NCBI RefSeq assembly: GCF_006345805.1
Contig: NC_043003.1
Location: forward strand, 1,116,001 to 1,180,000
DNA from: Octopus sinensis
Lineage: Eukaryota
DNA: 64,000 nt
Reading direction: 5' to 3'
The translations under genes were made by a program, and so were the position numbers. This document shows positions 1 to 12,512 of the stretch, in pieces. Below the pieces are notes generated by a model that was not told the DNA's origin, searched no databases, and saw only the letters and a program-made list of their open reading frames with translations. How positions within the stretch are numbered: position 1 is the first letter of the stretch; each line of letters starts with the position of its first letter.

Positions 1-230
1 TTTTTTAATTTTGGGCAGGGGCATTGTTTGTTTTTGATTTTGTCGACAACACAGTATAGTAGGGTAGCTGGGCACCGTCTGTGAGAAAAACAACACCATG
101 ACGCAATTCACTCGGCCAGATATTTGGAAACGACCAACTGTACTGTTTGGCATTCGTTCCGGAAGCTCCAATACGAACATTTCAGAGTGTTTGGGTGTCA
201 ATCTGAGGACTTGAACCGAGTGTGATAAAA

Positions 231-417
231 ATCAAACATCCAATCAACATCATGGTGTTTATAGTGATCATTGGTGATGGCGACGTTATGCCTCCATTCA
301 TCTTTCCACAGCCTCACATTTAACACAGAGGCCTACATCAAGTGTCTGGAGGAGGTAATGCTGCCCTGGGTCAAGAGGGTGGATGCTGGAAGACCCTATG
401 TCTCGCTACAGGACTCT
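231..417 (+). pseudogene. Tc1/mariner-superfamily transposase fragment (frameshifted)
   Basis: Two frames join to IKHPINIMVFIVIIGDGDVMPPFIFP / TFNTEAYIKCLEEVMLPWVKRVDAGRPYVSLQDS. This resembles the region leading to the second catalytic D (xQQD) of mariner-type DDD transposases. Confidence 0.7.
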
Positions 418-423
418 GAAACA

Positions 424-615
424 TGCCACGGTCTGTGTCTTTATATTTTCGATCGTGTCGTGTAGCCAGCCGGAGACGATGTCTCCTGGGGCTAAATTAA
501 AGCAACATTAGTCTTAAACCAGGACTGGCATGTTATGTTGGCAAACAATCTTTACTACAAACTACTGTTGCTGAATATCTCACGTTGTGAGATCTAAAAA
601 TAGTAATTTTCTAAG
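424..615 (+). repeat. Internally deleted copy of the hairpin repeat family seen at 36438-36817
   Basis: Shares GGAGAC(G/A)ATGTCTCCTGGGGCTAAATT..GTTATGTTGGCAAACAATCTTTAC..TAGTAATTTTCTAAG with 36650-36817; most of the loop is missing. Confidence 0.75.
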
Positions 616-689
616 AGGAAATTATATCCTTATTTTACATCTCACCTTATAAATCCGACAATTGTTTCAATTGCCTTCACACACACATG

Positions 690-753
<64 letters not shown>

Positions 754-1296
754 CATACATATACATTCATGCATTCATTATTTTATCTTCTAAAGAGAGT
801 ACTATGTTGTTTAAAACCCTAGGTCAGCCTCGACTCCGCAAGATAATGATCAAAAGGTTTCTTAAGAATGAGCGTCGTCCTCTTTCTCACTCAGAAGATT
901 ATCTCGGACTACATTAACCAATTTCTCTTTCTTTCTGTTTACGACAGTAGCCTGTGATTTCAATGAAGTTGGTTCGTGAGAATTATGCATTCAGTATGTG
1001 AACTGGAACTGTAATGTTCAAGATAAAGATAAATTTGAACATCTTGAGAAAAATATGACAGGCGTTAAATGCGTACAAATACAACAAAAGCACAGACAAA
1101 GGAAAATATGAGCAAAAAGACTCGAACGAGACCGGTGTTGGTCTGCGCAGGTAAGACTTGTAACTTGTATTAGTTAATAAAATCGATTAGAAGAGTAAAA
1201 AGCGAGCCTACCGATGAGAGTGGGGAATCCGACGTTTCGGACGGATTTTTTTCTTCAGAGGAAAGTTGACAGGAGAACTCTGCTGTGTCTCATTAA

Positions 1297-1450
1297 CTTC
1301 TTTCCTTTTTGGTCATCTGACAGTGGTCATGCTGGTGCACCGCCTTTATTCGAACAAATAGACCCCAGGACTTATTCTTTGTAAGCTCATTACTTATTCT
1401 GTCGGGCTCTTTTGCTGACCGGTAAGTTACGAGGACGTAAACACGCCAGT
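1297..1450 (-). mobile_element. SINE family B 3' tail module
   Basis: Reverse complement of the ...GTTTACGTCC..CTTAGCGGTTCGGCAAAAGAG..GGCGGTGC(T/C)CCAGCATG module that recurs many times in the window. Confidence 0.75.
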
Positions 1451-1597
1451 ACGCAATTGGTATTTAATTTATCGACCTTGAAAGGATGAAAGGTAAAGCC
1501 AACCTCGGCGGAAATTGAACTCAGAACATAAAGACAAACGAAATACCGCTAAGCATTTCACTCAGCGTGCTAACGTTTCTGCCAGTTCACCGCCTTA
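1451..1597 (-). mobile_element. tRNA-derived SINE family A copy
   Basis: Reverse complement of AGGCGGTGAGCTGGCAGAAACGTTAGC..GAGTTCAA(A)TTCCGCCGAGGT..TTTGCCTTTCATCCTTTC, with Pol III A-box and B-box like motifs. Confidence 0.8.
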
Positions 1598-1689
1598 TGA
1601 CCTGTAGTGCTGACAGGGAAAGTGATGTGAGGGCAAATCGAAGTGAAGTTGATACCCCCGTCAACGATGCTATCTCTGATGCCCATTAT

Positions 1690-4109
1690 TCTGCTTGTTC
1701 CCCAACTCCCGGTTCGGCCAGGCCCTTTTTGACGTGGCTGAAGATTGTTTTCTATCGCAACATGTTGAATATCCGACAAGGCATCGGTCTGGGCAGCAGC
1801 CATCTATGCTAGATCTGGTATTCTCCCGCTATCCAAGATCAGTGTCAGACGTATCTGTGTGCGCCCCTCTTGCCAAGAGTGATCATGCGGTCCTGAAGTT
1901 CGTCATGCACACAACTTTTTCCACGCCCGCGAGTACTTCGCTGCCACGTAGAGTCTTCTCTGCAATTAATCTTGAAATTCTAACCGAGGCTTCCGCGCTT
2001 CTGGACTGGCGATCCCTGATGACGTTGTCCTCAGTTGACGAACTATGGTCATCCCTCAAAGCATATGTAATCTGTTTGACTGACCAGGCAGTTCCCGTTG
2101 GGCTCCCAAGAGGAAGAGAAGAAACACAAGCCCTGGGTGACGAAGAAGGTTAAACGAGAACGTCGACTCAGAGATATTGCTTGGGCTGAATTCAAAAATC
2201 TGGATTCGACTGCAGCTTTTGAGGTGTACAAAACTCAACGAGACCGAGCCGTGAAAATTGAAAAGAAAGAACGCTTCAGTTATGAATACAAAATCGCGGC
2301 AAATGCCAGTAGCAATCCAAAAACCTTCTTTGCCCATGTCCAGCGGAATTCCCGCTTGAACAACCAGATTGCAACGTTGGTAGACTCAACAGGCGTATCG
2401 ATTGAGGACCCTTATCAACAGAGTCAATTATTTGCCGAAGCTTTTTCAACTATTTTCAAACAAGATGATGGTCGTGAACCCCCTCCATTTGATAGATCGG
2501 TACCTCCAATGCTTCGATTGATCATCACGCGGGACGAAGTCAAACGTGTTATTCAAGGCCTCGATGTCAACAAGGGTCACGGCCCTGACGGCATACACCC
2601 ACGGGTTATCAAAGCGTTGGCTCCGGTCATCTGCGAGCCCTTAACACGACTATTCAATATATCATTGGCGACGGGTGTTATACCTGCAGACTGGAGAACA
2701 GCGATAATCTGCCCAATTTTCAAGAAAGGGAGCCGCGAAGACCCGCTTAACTACCGACCGGTTTCCCTTACATCAATAATCAGCAAGATGTTCGAAACCA
2801 TCCTTAAGAAAAGTATGATGCTCCACCTCCTAAACACAGCCTCGATCACTGATTCCCAACACGGCTTCGTGCCGAAGAGATCATGCTTGACCAACTTACT
2901 AGTAATGGAAGAATTGGTGACGCGCATCCTCGATGATAGTGATGCTGTTGACATCGTTTTATTGGACTTTGCCAAAGCTTTTGACTCGGTAAACCACCGC
3001 CTACTACTTGTCAAGCTTCAAGCATATAGTTTCCATCCGGATATTGTACGATGGGTTGGTGCCTTTCTCTCAGATCGCTCCTTCCAAGTTCAAGTTAATG
3101 GTTCGCGGTCCGACGTCTCCAGTGCGAGCAGTGGCGTGCCTCAAGGTTCAGTGCTTGGGCCCTTGTTGTTCTTAGTCTTCATAAATGACTTGCCCGACGA
3201 CCTCACGCAACACACCCTTCTATTTGCCGACGATATCAAACTGGTCGCTCCTCGCGGTAGTATAGAGGATCTTCGTCGATGCCTCCACCAAATTTGGAAG
3301 TGGTCTAACGATTGGGACCTGTGGTCTGAACGTGTCAAAGTGCTGTCATCTGCCTGTCGGCTCTACTCCTGCAACTCAACTTGATTTCGAGCCGGGTCGT
3401 CTGCTGCTGGAGAGGACCGATCAGGTAAAGGACCTGGGTATCTTGGTGGATTCCTCCTTTTCGCCTTCGGCCCAGTGCGTCCATGCTGCCAACAAAGCGC
3501 GCGGAATTCTGTTTTTGATTCGACGGTCATTCGGAATGCTCACAGCAGCCATATTCCTGCCACTCTATGTCACGCTGGTGAGACCCATATTGGAGTATGG
3601 GATTCAAGCTTCTTCTCCTTATCTCCTCAAAGACATACAGCATCTCGAAAGAGTCCAGAGGCTGGCTACCCGCATGGTTCATGGTCTCAAAAATTTGTCC
3701 TACGAAGAAAGGCTGAGGACGCTCGACCTTTATTCTCTTGAAAAACGCCGCCGCCGTGGTGATCTCATTCTCGCCCACAACATCATAAGCGGGAAGTGTA
3801 ACCTCTCGAAAGAGCTGTTCTTCACTCCTGCTCCGGAGCGTCGGCTGCGGGGTCATTCCGAAAAGCTCTACCTGCGACGATTTCATCTCAATCGAAGGAG
3901 AGGAGCTTTCTTCGTCGGGTTGCGGATCCGTGGAACAAGCTGCCAGACGAGATGGTGAAGATGCCGACGACCGCTTTGTTCAAAGCCTCCCTGGACCTCA
4001 AGTGGCCTGAACTCTTTACATGAACACCACCCTGTACTTAACTCCATGTCCCCCTACATGGCCTTGCTATTTGCTTTTCAGCCAAATTAACTAACTAACT
4101 AACTAACTA
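1690..4109 (+). mobile_element. CR1-group non-LTR retrotransposon (APE endonuclease C-half, RT, C-terminus), 5'-truncated, (TAAC)n tail
   Basis: ORF 1695-2153 has the APE motifs LDLVF and SDH. ORF 2098-3384 has RT motifs PGPDG-like GHGPDGI, YRPVSLTS, QHGF, LDFAKAFD, GVPQGSVLGP and FADD. ORF 3332-3958 has LVRPILEY and LYSLEKRRRRGDLI. The last frame ends LKWPELFT* at 4023 and is followed by (TAAC)5 at 4088-4107. Confidence 0.93.
1695..4023 (+). pseudogene. LINE ORF2 split by three frameshifts (about 2105, 3325, 3912) with no in-frame stops in the joined reading
   Basis: Overlapping ORFs continue homologous protein across each frame change. Confidence 0.85.
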
Positions 4110-4249
4110 GGTAGATATTAGTCTATTGAAAGGACTCCCACCTGAAATTTATATCGAATGCGCTGCATATGGTACACATCTTGTTTGTACAAAGAATTGT
4201 TTGGGTAGAAAGTATTCTGGAAGTCACTCGATCCGGAAATGATATCGTA

Positions 4250-4440
4250 TCTTTTATCTTTCACTTCAGTCGATGGATTGCGCCCATGCTGGGGCACCGC
4301 CTTAAAGGGTTCTAGTCGAATAAATCGACCTCAGTGATTATTCCCTCATTCTCTTTTGCTGGGTCGCTAAGTTAAGGGGACGTAATCAAACCTACACCTG
4401 CTTGCCAAGTGGTGGGAGGTGGGTTGACAAACACAAATAC
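4250..4440 (-). mobile_element. SINE family B 3' tail module
   Basis: Contains CCCATGCTGGGGCACCGCC and GCTAAGTTAAGGGGACGTAA. Confidence 0.7.
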
Positions 4441-4552
4441 ACACACACGCACACATACACACACATGCAGTCATACATACACACACTCACACATATATAC
4501 ATACACAAATATTAAAATTCCACTGAGCGTTACGAAATCGCAGCTTACTGCT

Positions 4553-4577
4553 CTGTAGTAGTAGTAGTAGTAGTAGT

Positions 4578-4616
<39 letters not shown>

Positions 4617-4684
4617 TAGTAGTAGTAGTAGTAGTAGTGGCAGCAGCAGCAGCAGTAGTAGCAGCAGCAGTAGAAGAAGAAGAT

Positions 4685-4722
<38 letters not shown>

Positions 4723-4757
4723 TGTTGTTGTTGTTGTTGTTGCAGCAGCAGCAGTAG
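4553..4757. repeat. Compound trinucleotide microsatellite (TAG)n/(CAG)n/(GAA)n/(TTG)n
   Basis: Seen directly. Confidence 0.95.
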
Positions 4758-4830
4758 CTCCAGAAATCGGAATTGACACGAAAGCAGAGCAATCCCCCAA
4801 AACTGCTCTGCTGGGACATTTCGCCCGGCC
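4757..4830 (+). mobile_element. Short R4/Dong-type C-terminal fragment
   Basis: EIGIDTKAEQSPKTALLG is nearly identical to EIGIDMRAEQAPKTALLG at 48485-48540, and resembles the R4/Dong terminus QKTALLGTA. Confidence 0.6.
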
Positions 4831-4849
4831 TACTAACGTTTCTGCCTTA

Positions 4850-4907
<58 letters not shown>

Positions 4908-5174
4908 GTAATAGTAATAGTAATAATAATAAAAATAAATAATAATAATAATAATAATAATAAATAATAATAATAATAATAATAGTAATAGTAATAATAA
5001 TAAAAATAAATAATAATAAATAATAATAATAATAATAATAAATAATAATAATAATAATAGTAATAATAATAGTAATAGTAATAATATTAAATAATAATAA
5101 TAATATATAATAATAAATAATAATAATAATAATAATAGTAATAGTAATAATAATAAAAATAAATAATAATAATG

Positions 5175-5206
<32 letters not shown>

Positions 5207-5266
5207 TAATAATAATAATAATAATAGTAATAGTAATAATAATAAATAATAATAATAATAATAATA

Positions 5267-5299
<33 letters not shown>

Positions 5300-5489
5300 T
5301 AATAATAATAAATAATAATAATAATAGTAATAATAATAAATAATAATAATAATATAATAATAATAAATAATAATAATAATAATAATATAATAATAATAAT
5401 AATATATAATAATAATAATAATAATAGTAATAATAATAAATAATAAAATAATAATAATAGTAATGATAATAATAATAATAATAATAATA

Positions 5490-5520
<31 letters not shown>

Positions 5521-5525
5521 TAATA
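4850..5525. repeat. Long interrupted (TAA)n microsatellite
   Basis: Seen directly, about 680 bp. Confidence 0.97.
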
Positions 5526-6062
5526 ATTCCAGTACATACAGACCGAACCATCAAGGCCAATAAACCAGATATTGTTGTGAAAGACCAAAACAATAAAGTT
5601 TGCTTATTGATCGACATGAGCATCCCCTGTGATCATAATATCTCAGCGAAAGAGTTTGACAAGCTCAGAAAATATAAAGACCTACTCATTGAAATTGAGA
5701 AAATGTGGCATCTCAGGGCGGTTACAATACCAGTGATCGTAGGAGCGCTAGGAATGATCAAGAAGGGAACCGAAAATTATATGAGAATGATCCCTGGCTT
5801 ACCATCCCTGCAAGAAGTGCAAAAGATTGTCTTAACTGGTACATCACACGTATTGAGAAGAGCATTGTCGATGGGAGAACTGTTACTGCCCATATTTTAA
5901 TTTAACCTTAAAAAAAAATAAATAAAATAAAATGAACGAACTACTGAGTTTGGTTTAATGGCCTACCAATATACACTATGAGTTTCTTTGCCCTAGGAGT
6001 CGGGAAGACACTCGGCAAGAAATGGAAGAAAATTTGAAAGAAGAAAAAAAAATTCCCAATGG
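5526..6062 (+). mobile_element. R4/Dong-clade non-LTR retrotransposon 3' fragment (restriction-like endonuclease and 3' UTR) in (TAA)n
   Basis: TDRTIKANKPDIVV..LLIDMSIP..KLRKYKDL..TIPVIVGALG..QKIVLTGTSHVLRRAL carries the PD..D RLE motif. The stop is at 5900 and (TAA)n lies on both sides. Confidence 0.88.
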
Positions 6063-6111
<49 letters not shown>

Positions 6112-6130
6112 TAATAATAATAATAATAAA

Positions 6131-6685
6131 TGCCCTGATGCAGTACCAGGCAGTGGCTCTCATGGTTTCTGATCTTAACTGATTGCAAGTGTTATCATGT
6201 ATATTGTTCTGTCTTGGTATAAAAGATGGGCTTCAGCAAATATTCTGCTCAATACCACAGATTTGCTTGTCAGTTGTTTGACCGTAACCAGTTGAGCATG
6301 TCCCTTAGTGGCTGACGATATGTGCATCTCTGATCACGAGCAGAAGTAGTGGGGGAGCATCATAGCTATGTGTTGAGAGGGATTCTTTGGTGTTTGAATA
6401 ATTCACCTTTGGAAACAGGGGTGTTTCGTTCAACATCCTTAAACAACCCTTATTCAGAGACCTTTTGAGCGGGATGGGCTACTCGACCAGAACAAAATTC
6501 TAACTGGGCCCCACCTGCAAGGTCATGTGCTGTTTATCTTGATATGAGATCACCATGTCGCGCACAAATGGTTGTGATGCATGTGCCTAGTGTACCCTTA
6601 TCAGACGGGTAGTCATGATGGGTATACTGGGCTTCGTATATTTTACCCCAATGTCACTTTGATGGCATGCACTGCTCTCTCACTC
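6131..6685 (+). mobile_element. About 555 bp non-coding interspersed element flanked by (TAA)n
   Basis: High similarity to 47447-47982 over its length; both copies lie in TAA tracts and end CTCTCACTC(AAT)n. Confidence 0.8.
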
Positions 6686-6948
6686 AATAATAATAATAAT
6701 AATAATGATAATTATAATAATAATAATAATGATGATGATGATGATGATGTTAATGTTTTCTTTATTGGCCACATGGGCCGAGCACAAAACAGAATGGGAC
6801 AATACAAACACAAAGGACAAGTGGGGCTTAGCACAAATGTTTGTGTATAAAATTGAAACAAGAAGGACAAGGGTTAACAATAAAATTCCCCCAAAAGAGG
6901 GAGTTCAACTCAGTGACAGTAGTAGTAGTAATAGTAGTGGTGGTGGTG

Positions 6949-6984
<36 letters not shown>

Positions 6985-6987
6985 GTT

Positions 6988-7021
<34 letters not shown>

Positions 7022-7662
7022 CTCTTCTACGAATCTAACGTGTAATTTCATGACAAACACTCAGGATTTGCCCAACTCCCCCCCCATTTCGGTAATAACA
7101 GATAATAATGACCAAATGTATATGACAGCAATGGGAAGCCTAATGACGACGACAACGATGACAACGGCCGCCATGTTTATGATAACGGCAATGTCTTTAT
7201 TGTGTCATGAAAATAATGAAAGGAACGATATTACACAGATAAAATAGATATAAAAGAGAAAAGAGTAAAAAAAAAAAGGTTTTAAAAAGAGAACGACAAA
7301 AATAAAAGAAAGTAAGAAAAATATCTCAACAACTAAATGCAAGATAAAGCAAAATGGCGGCTGGACTTTTGCAGCAGTAACCACCTGAAAGCTATTATTT
7401 CGGAGCCATTATCTTGTCATTTATTCAAGCAGATATACTGGCAGATAAACGTAAATATATTTTACACAGGTGCCAATGTTATGCTTCCCCTGTTCAAAGT
7501 ATCAAATGCATGTCTTTATTTCTCTCCAAGTATTGGCACACTTTCAATTGTGACTTTCCAAACGGCATTCCAGTCTTTTTTTCTTCCTTCTTTACTTCTT
7601 GCATTTAAAGTATTTTCTCCACCTCTCTCTCTCTCTCTCCCACTCTCTCTCTCCCACTCTCG

Positions 7663-7727
<65 letters not shown>

Positions 7728-7829
7728 GTGTGTGTGTATACATAGCTATATACATATAGATATATACATATATATATATATATATATATTTATGTGTATA
7801 TATATATATATTATATATATATATATATC

Positions 7830-7862
<33 letters not shown>

Positions 7863-8126
7863 ACATACGTGTATATATGACATGTATGTAAGTGCATGTG
7901 TTGCATGATATTTGTCTATATACATATGTGTGTGTGTGTGTGTGTAACATATATACGTATATACATATATATTCATAAATGCATTCATATACGTAAAGTA
8001 TCAAAGTATACGTATAATACATACGTACATATACATATATAAATAAATAGAAATATATACATATATGAATTTATGCATAGTATATGTATGTATGAATGTA
8101 TGCATGTATATATGTATGTATGTACG

Positions 8127-8160
<34 letters not shown>

Positions 8161-8775
8161 TGTATGTATGTATGTATGTGTGTGTGTGTATGTATGTATG
8201 TATGTATGTATGTATGTACGTATGTATGTATGTATGTATGTATAAGATTTAATGAGTTTCAAGAATTAGGTAATAATATCTTTTTAAAAGATAATGCTGC
8301 ATAGATACGTATTATATTTCTCAGTGGTGCCTATCCTAGGCAAGAGAGGACAGTAGGCAACGGTGTGTTTAACAAAGCAGAACTATATAGGAAAAGTCTT
8401 CATTAATTTTCTATGGGTGCGTCGCTATATTTAAAACAGTCTAAAATACCTTGACAAATATAACGTCTAGGTTTGTTAGTTTTGTTCATAAATGCATAAA
8501 TAACTGCAGACACAAAGACATTCATTGATACATAAATAAATTATAAACGAATTAAAAAGAATTGTGGTTAGACTGGACAATGAGTTTTACAGATAAGCAA
8601 GGCATTGTTGTTGAATAGAGAACTAAGAAGCCACAGTCAGAATAGAATTCATTGCATGACACATGCTGCAGGAATTTCAGTGTAATATATTCCTCACACC
8701 ATTGTAACAGATGCAGTTGGGAGCCGCGTATAAACGATGACATGTATATTTTGGTGCCCAGTAAATTCTATGATG

Positions 8776-9070
8776 AGGGCGCATGGCTTAGTGGTTAGGT
8801 TGTTGCGCTCACCAGCAAGGGATCGTGGTTTCAATTCCTAGGCAGGGTGGTGCATTGAGTTCTTGAGTAAAAGACTTCATTTCACGTTGCTCTGCGATCA
8901 CTTGGACACCTGACGGGTGGCACATCGTGCACCCGCCCAGGCAACATTGATTTGATGGACGAACTGAGCAAAGGTACAGCACATACATCATTATTAAACG
9001 AAGCATTTGTGGAGGTTGCTTAGCAAGAAATTGCAGAACCGTCTTTCTCGGACTACGAGAGACGACCACC
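8776..9070 (+). mobile_element. tRNA-derived SINE family D copy
   Basis: Has TGGCTTAGTGGTTAGG (A box) and GGTTTCAATTCC (B box), then TTCTTGAG(C/T)AA..TTTCACGTTG shared with 39004-39260 and 62535-62778. Confidence 0.6.
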
Positions 9071-9441
9071 ACATCGTATTGCTTTATGACTGGTAACTCC
9101 AACCGAGGTGTTGTGTTAGCATTTGGTGGTGTCCAGAGTAAGAAAGTGACCAGCCCGGAAGACTACGGACTTCATATCCGTCAGTCTGCTTGTTCTGAGT
9201 TTAACACCGTTGCCTCATACAACCTTATTACAATACACACACACACACACACACATCCTTCCGACCTACCTACCTACCTTCCTACCCACCTATATGAATG
9301 CGTACATACTTAACAGGATACAGGACATTAACAAGATTGTTTCAACAAGCCATTATGCATGACGAAACTTGCGTATGTTTTATAAAGCATAAAATACCAT
9401 ATCACTATATATGTATGTTTTCTGTATTTCATTAATACTCC

Positions 9442-9505
<64 letters not shown>

Positions 9506-10088
9506 GCATGTGTATGTGTATGTATATATGCATGTTATTATTCAGTTTTATTTCAGGATGTCTTGCCAATAGAGAAAGACCTGGTTTCTAGCCTAGATCC
9601 AAGGCGCCTTCATCGGATATCCAGGAATATCAGCAGGGTATTCTTACATGTTTGTGTGCACATGTGCAATATTTGGGGTCAATGCATTTACAGATTTGTG
9701 TATTTTTGTTTTATGTATGTATTCTCATGCATATAGTTGCATGTCTAGACATGCACATATATACCCAAATGCTAGACTTATTGAAAGTTTAAAAAAATGT
9801 TTACACTTTCATTGTTGGCTTCAATCTGTAGTCTTCGAATTAGTTTTCCTCTTTCTGGTTCTGAGAAGCTTAATTTCTTAAAATTGGTTTATATACATAC
9901 ATACATACATACATACATACATACATACATACATGCATGCATACATACATACATGCATGCATACATACATACATACATACAGACATACATACAGACAGAC
10001 AGACAGACAGACAGACATACATACATACATACATAATACGTACATATAATGACCATTCCGAAATATAACAATATATGTTTATATATAT

Positions 10089-10170
<82 letters not shown>

Positions 10171-10200
10171 TGTATGTATGTATGTATGTATGTTTGTATA

Positions 10201-10236
<36 letters not shown>

Positions 10237-10589
10237 TTCAGTGGAGAGGTGACTGACAAAGACACATTAAGATCTGCTGAGTAAAATGTGTCATGTGAAT
10301 TGGCCTAATCTGTACCCCAAAAGAGCCTGAGGGTGTTTTCTCGCAAGTTCAAAAGGTGAAAGGAGTAAAAGTCAAAATAAAAAAAAATAAAAAAATACCC
10401 CGAATCAGTCGGTTCTTAAATGATTTGACATTAGGTTCTCAGAAGCGACGAGGGGGGTAACTTATATTAGTGATATTTTATCGTTTGACTTTTACCTGTT
10501 TCAGTCATTAGACTGCGGCCACGCTGGAGCAGCACCACCTAGAAGAATCAAGCGAGAGAGTAGCACCCTCCGTCGGAGACCCGCTGGGG

Positions 10590-10871
10590 TACAAATACAC
10601 CAAGCCCAATATACCCATCATGGCTATCCGATTGATAAGGGTACACTAAGTACATGTAACACAACCATATGAGCACGACATGGCGACCTCATATCAAGAT
10701 AAACATCGCATGACTTTGCACGTTCGAATTTCCTTCGGGTTGAGTAGCCCATCCCGCTCAATAATAAGGACTGTTTAAGGATGATGAATGAAACATCCTT
10801 ATTTCCAGAGGTAAATTATTCAAACTCTTTAAACCAAGACAAAACATGTACAGGATTATAATTCCAATCAG

Positions 10872-10872
<1 letters not shown>
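10590..10872 (-). mobile_element. Internally deleted antisense copy of the 555 bp element
   Basis: Reverse complement matches at GATAAGGGTACAC, CATATCAAGATAAAC, GAGTAGCCCATCCCGCTCAA and CCAAGACAAAACA. Confidence 0.75.
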
Positions 10873-10910
<38 letters not shown>

Positions 10911-10930
10911 GTCGTCGTCGTCGTTGTCGT

Positions 10931-10968
<38 letters not shown>

Positions 10969-11062
10969 GTAACAATTGCGCACTGGGATCGATGTAATCG
11001 ACATAATCCCTTCTCCCAAATTTGAGGCCAGGTGCTTCCAGTAGAAAGGATTATTATTATAT

Positions 11063-11465
11063 AAGGCGGTGAGCTGGCAGAACCGTTAGCATACTGGATG
11101 AAATGCTTAGCGGTATTTCGCCCATCGCTGCGTTCTGGGTTCAAATTCCACTGAGGTCGACTTTATTTTTCACCCTTTCGGAGTCGATAAATTAAGTACC
11201 AGTTGTATACTGGGGTCGATGTCATCGACTAGTCTCCACCTCCGGAATTTCAGGCCTTGTGCCTATAATAGAAAGGATCATTATTACTATCAAGGCGGCG
11301 AGGAGCTGGCAGAATCGTTAGATCGCCGGGCGAAATGCTTAACGGCATTTTGTCCGTCTTTACGTTCTGAGTTGAAATCCCGCCGGGGTCGACTTTGCCT
11401 TTCATCCTTACGGGGTCGATAATATGAGTACCAGCTGACTACTGGGGTCGATGTAATCGACTTAG
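11063..11465 (+). mobile_element. Two adjacent SINE family A copies
   Basis: AAGGCGGTGAGCTGGCAGAA at about 11063 and AAGGCGGCGAGGAGCTGGCAGAA at about 11293. Confidence 0.8.
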
Positions 11466-12428
11466 CCTCTTTTTGTATATAATTTTCCCTCCTTCTAGAT
11501 TGTTGATAATTATCTATAAGATCCTTTGATCTGCCTTAAAATGTGTGCATTATTCAAACCTAATTTCTTCCTCATTATCTCGATATAAATCTGCAACGAC
11601 GAAGTAACATTGGAGCTTTGTATATTATTTCATGTTTTTTACTTCGGAGTATGTGAACGTTCTCAAGATTTCTTGTTTGTATAAGCAAATATCTCAAACA
11701 GTGAAGTGAAAAGAATTTCAGTCTTTATTAACCGTTAAAGAGGCGAGGTATTATAGTCATACGATCCTTTTGCTTTGTCAATAAGTTAATTATGAACTTC
11801 TCTGAGATTTTCTACACAACGAGTAAACCACAGCTGCTGGTAGAACCTGTAACGTCTGTTTGTTGCAAGCTTCAATCAGCCGACACGTAGAGCTCCTTTT
11901 TGCTGCTGACTCACTGCTGATACACAGAACTGTTCTCGTTGTAAAATATAAGTTTCAATTTTCGGAACAAGGCCAGAAAATTCGCGGGAGTGGGTAATTC
12001 GATTACATAGACTCCCAATTCTCAACTGGTACTTATTTTACCGACTCCGAAAGGATGAAAGGTAAACTGGACCCAAACGGGATTTGAACTCGGAACATAA
12101 AGACGGACGAAGTGCCGCTAAACATTTTCCCCGACGTGGTAACGATCCTGCTACCTCACTGCTTTCTCGTTATAAAATACACTGGAAATTAGGTCTATAT
12201 CTAAGCGAAGGGATCGTTTCGTGGGTTAGAAGGTCGTTTTCGCACCCATGTGCTTTCGGGTTCAAACCAACTGTGTGGCACCTTGGGCAAGAGTCTTCTA
12301 CTCCAGCCGCTGGCTCAGTTAATGCCCTGGAAATGAATTCCGTAACGGAAATTATGTGGAAGGCCGTCTTAAAGACATACATACTTACACTGAACTTCGA
12401 ATAGTTCTGCCTGCAGTTAGAAATGAAC

Positions 12429-12512
<84 letters not shown>

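Noticed and set aside
948-1156. Possible exon between a pyrimidine-rich acceptor (947) and a CAG|GTAAGA donor (1150)
   Set aside because: All three frames hit stops early, so at most it is non-coding, and there is no supporting evidence.
4471-5623. Long poly-T/N/I/Y/L ORFs
   Set aside because: They are translations of (TAG)n and (TAA)n microsatellites, not genes.
6131-6200. HDV-like ribozyme at the 5' end of the 555 bp element
   Set aside because: Only a simple GCCCTG/CAGGC hairpin could be folded; no nested double pseudoknot was found by eye.
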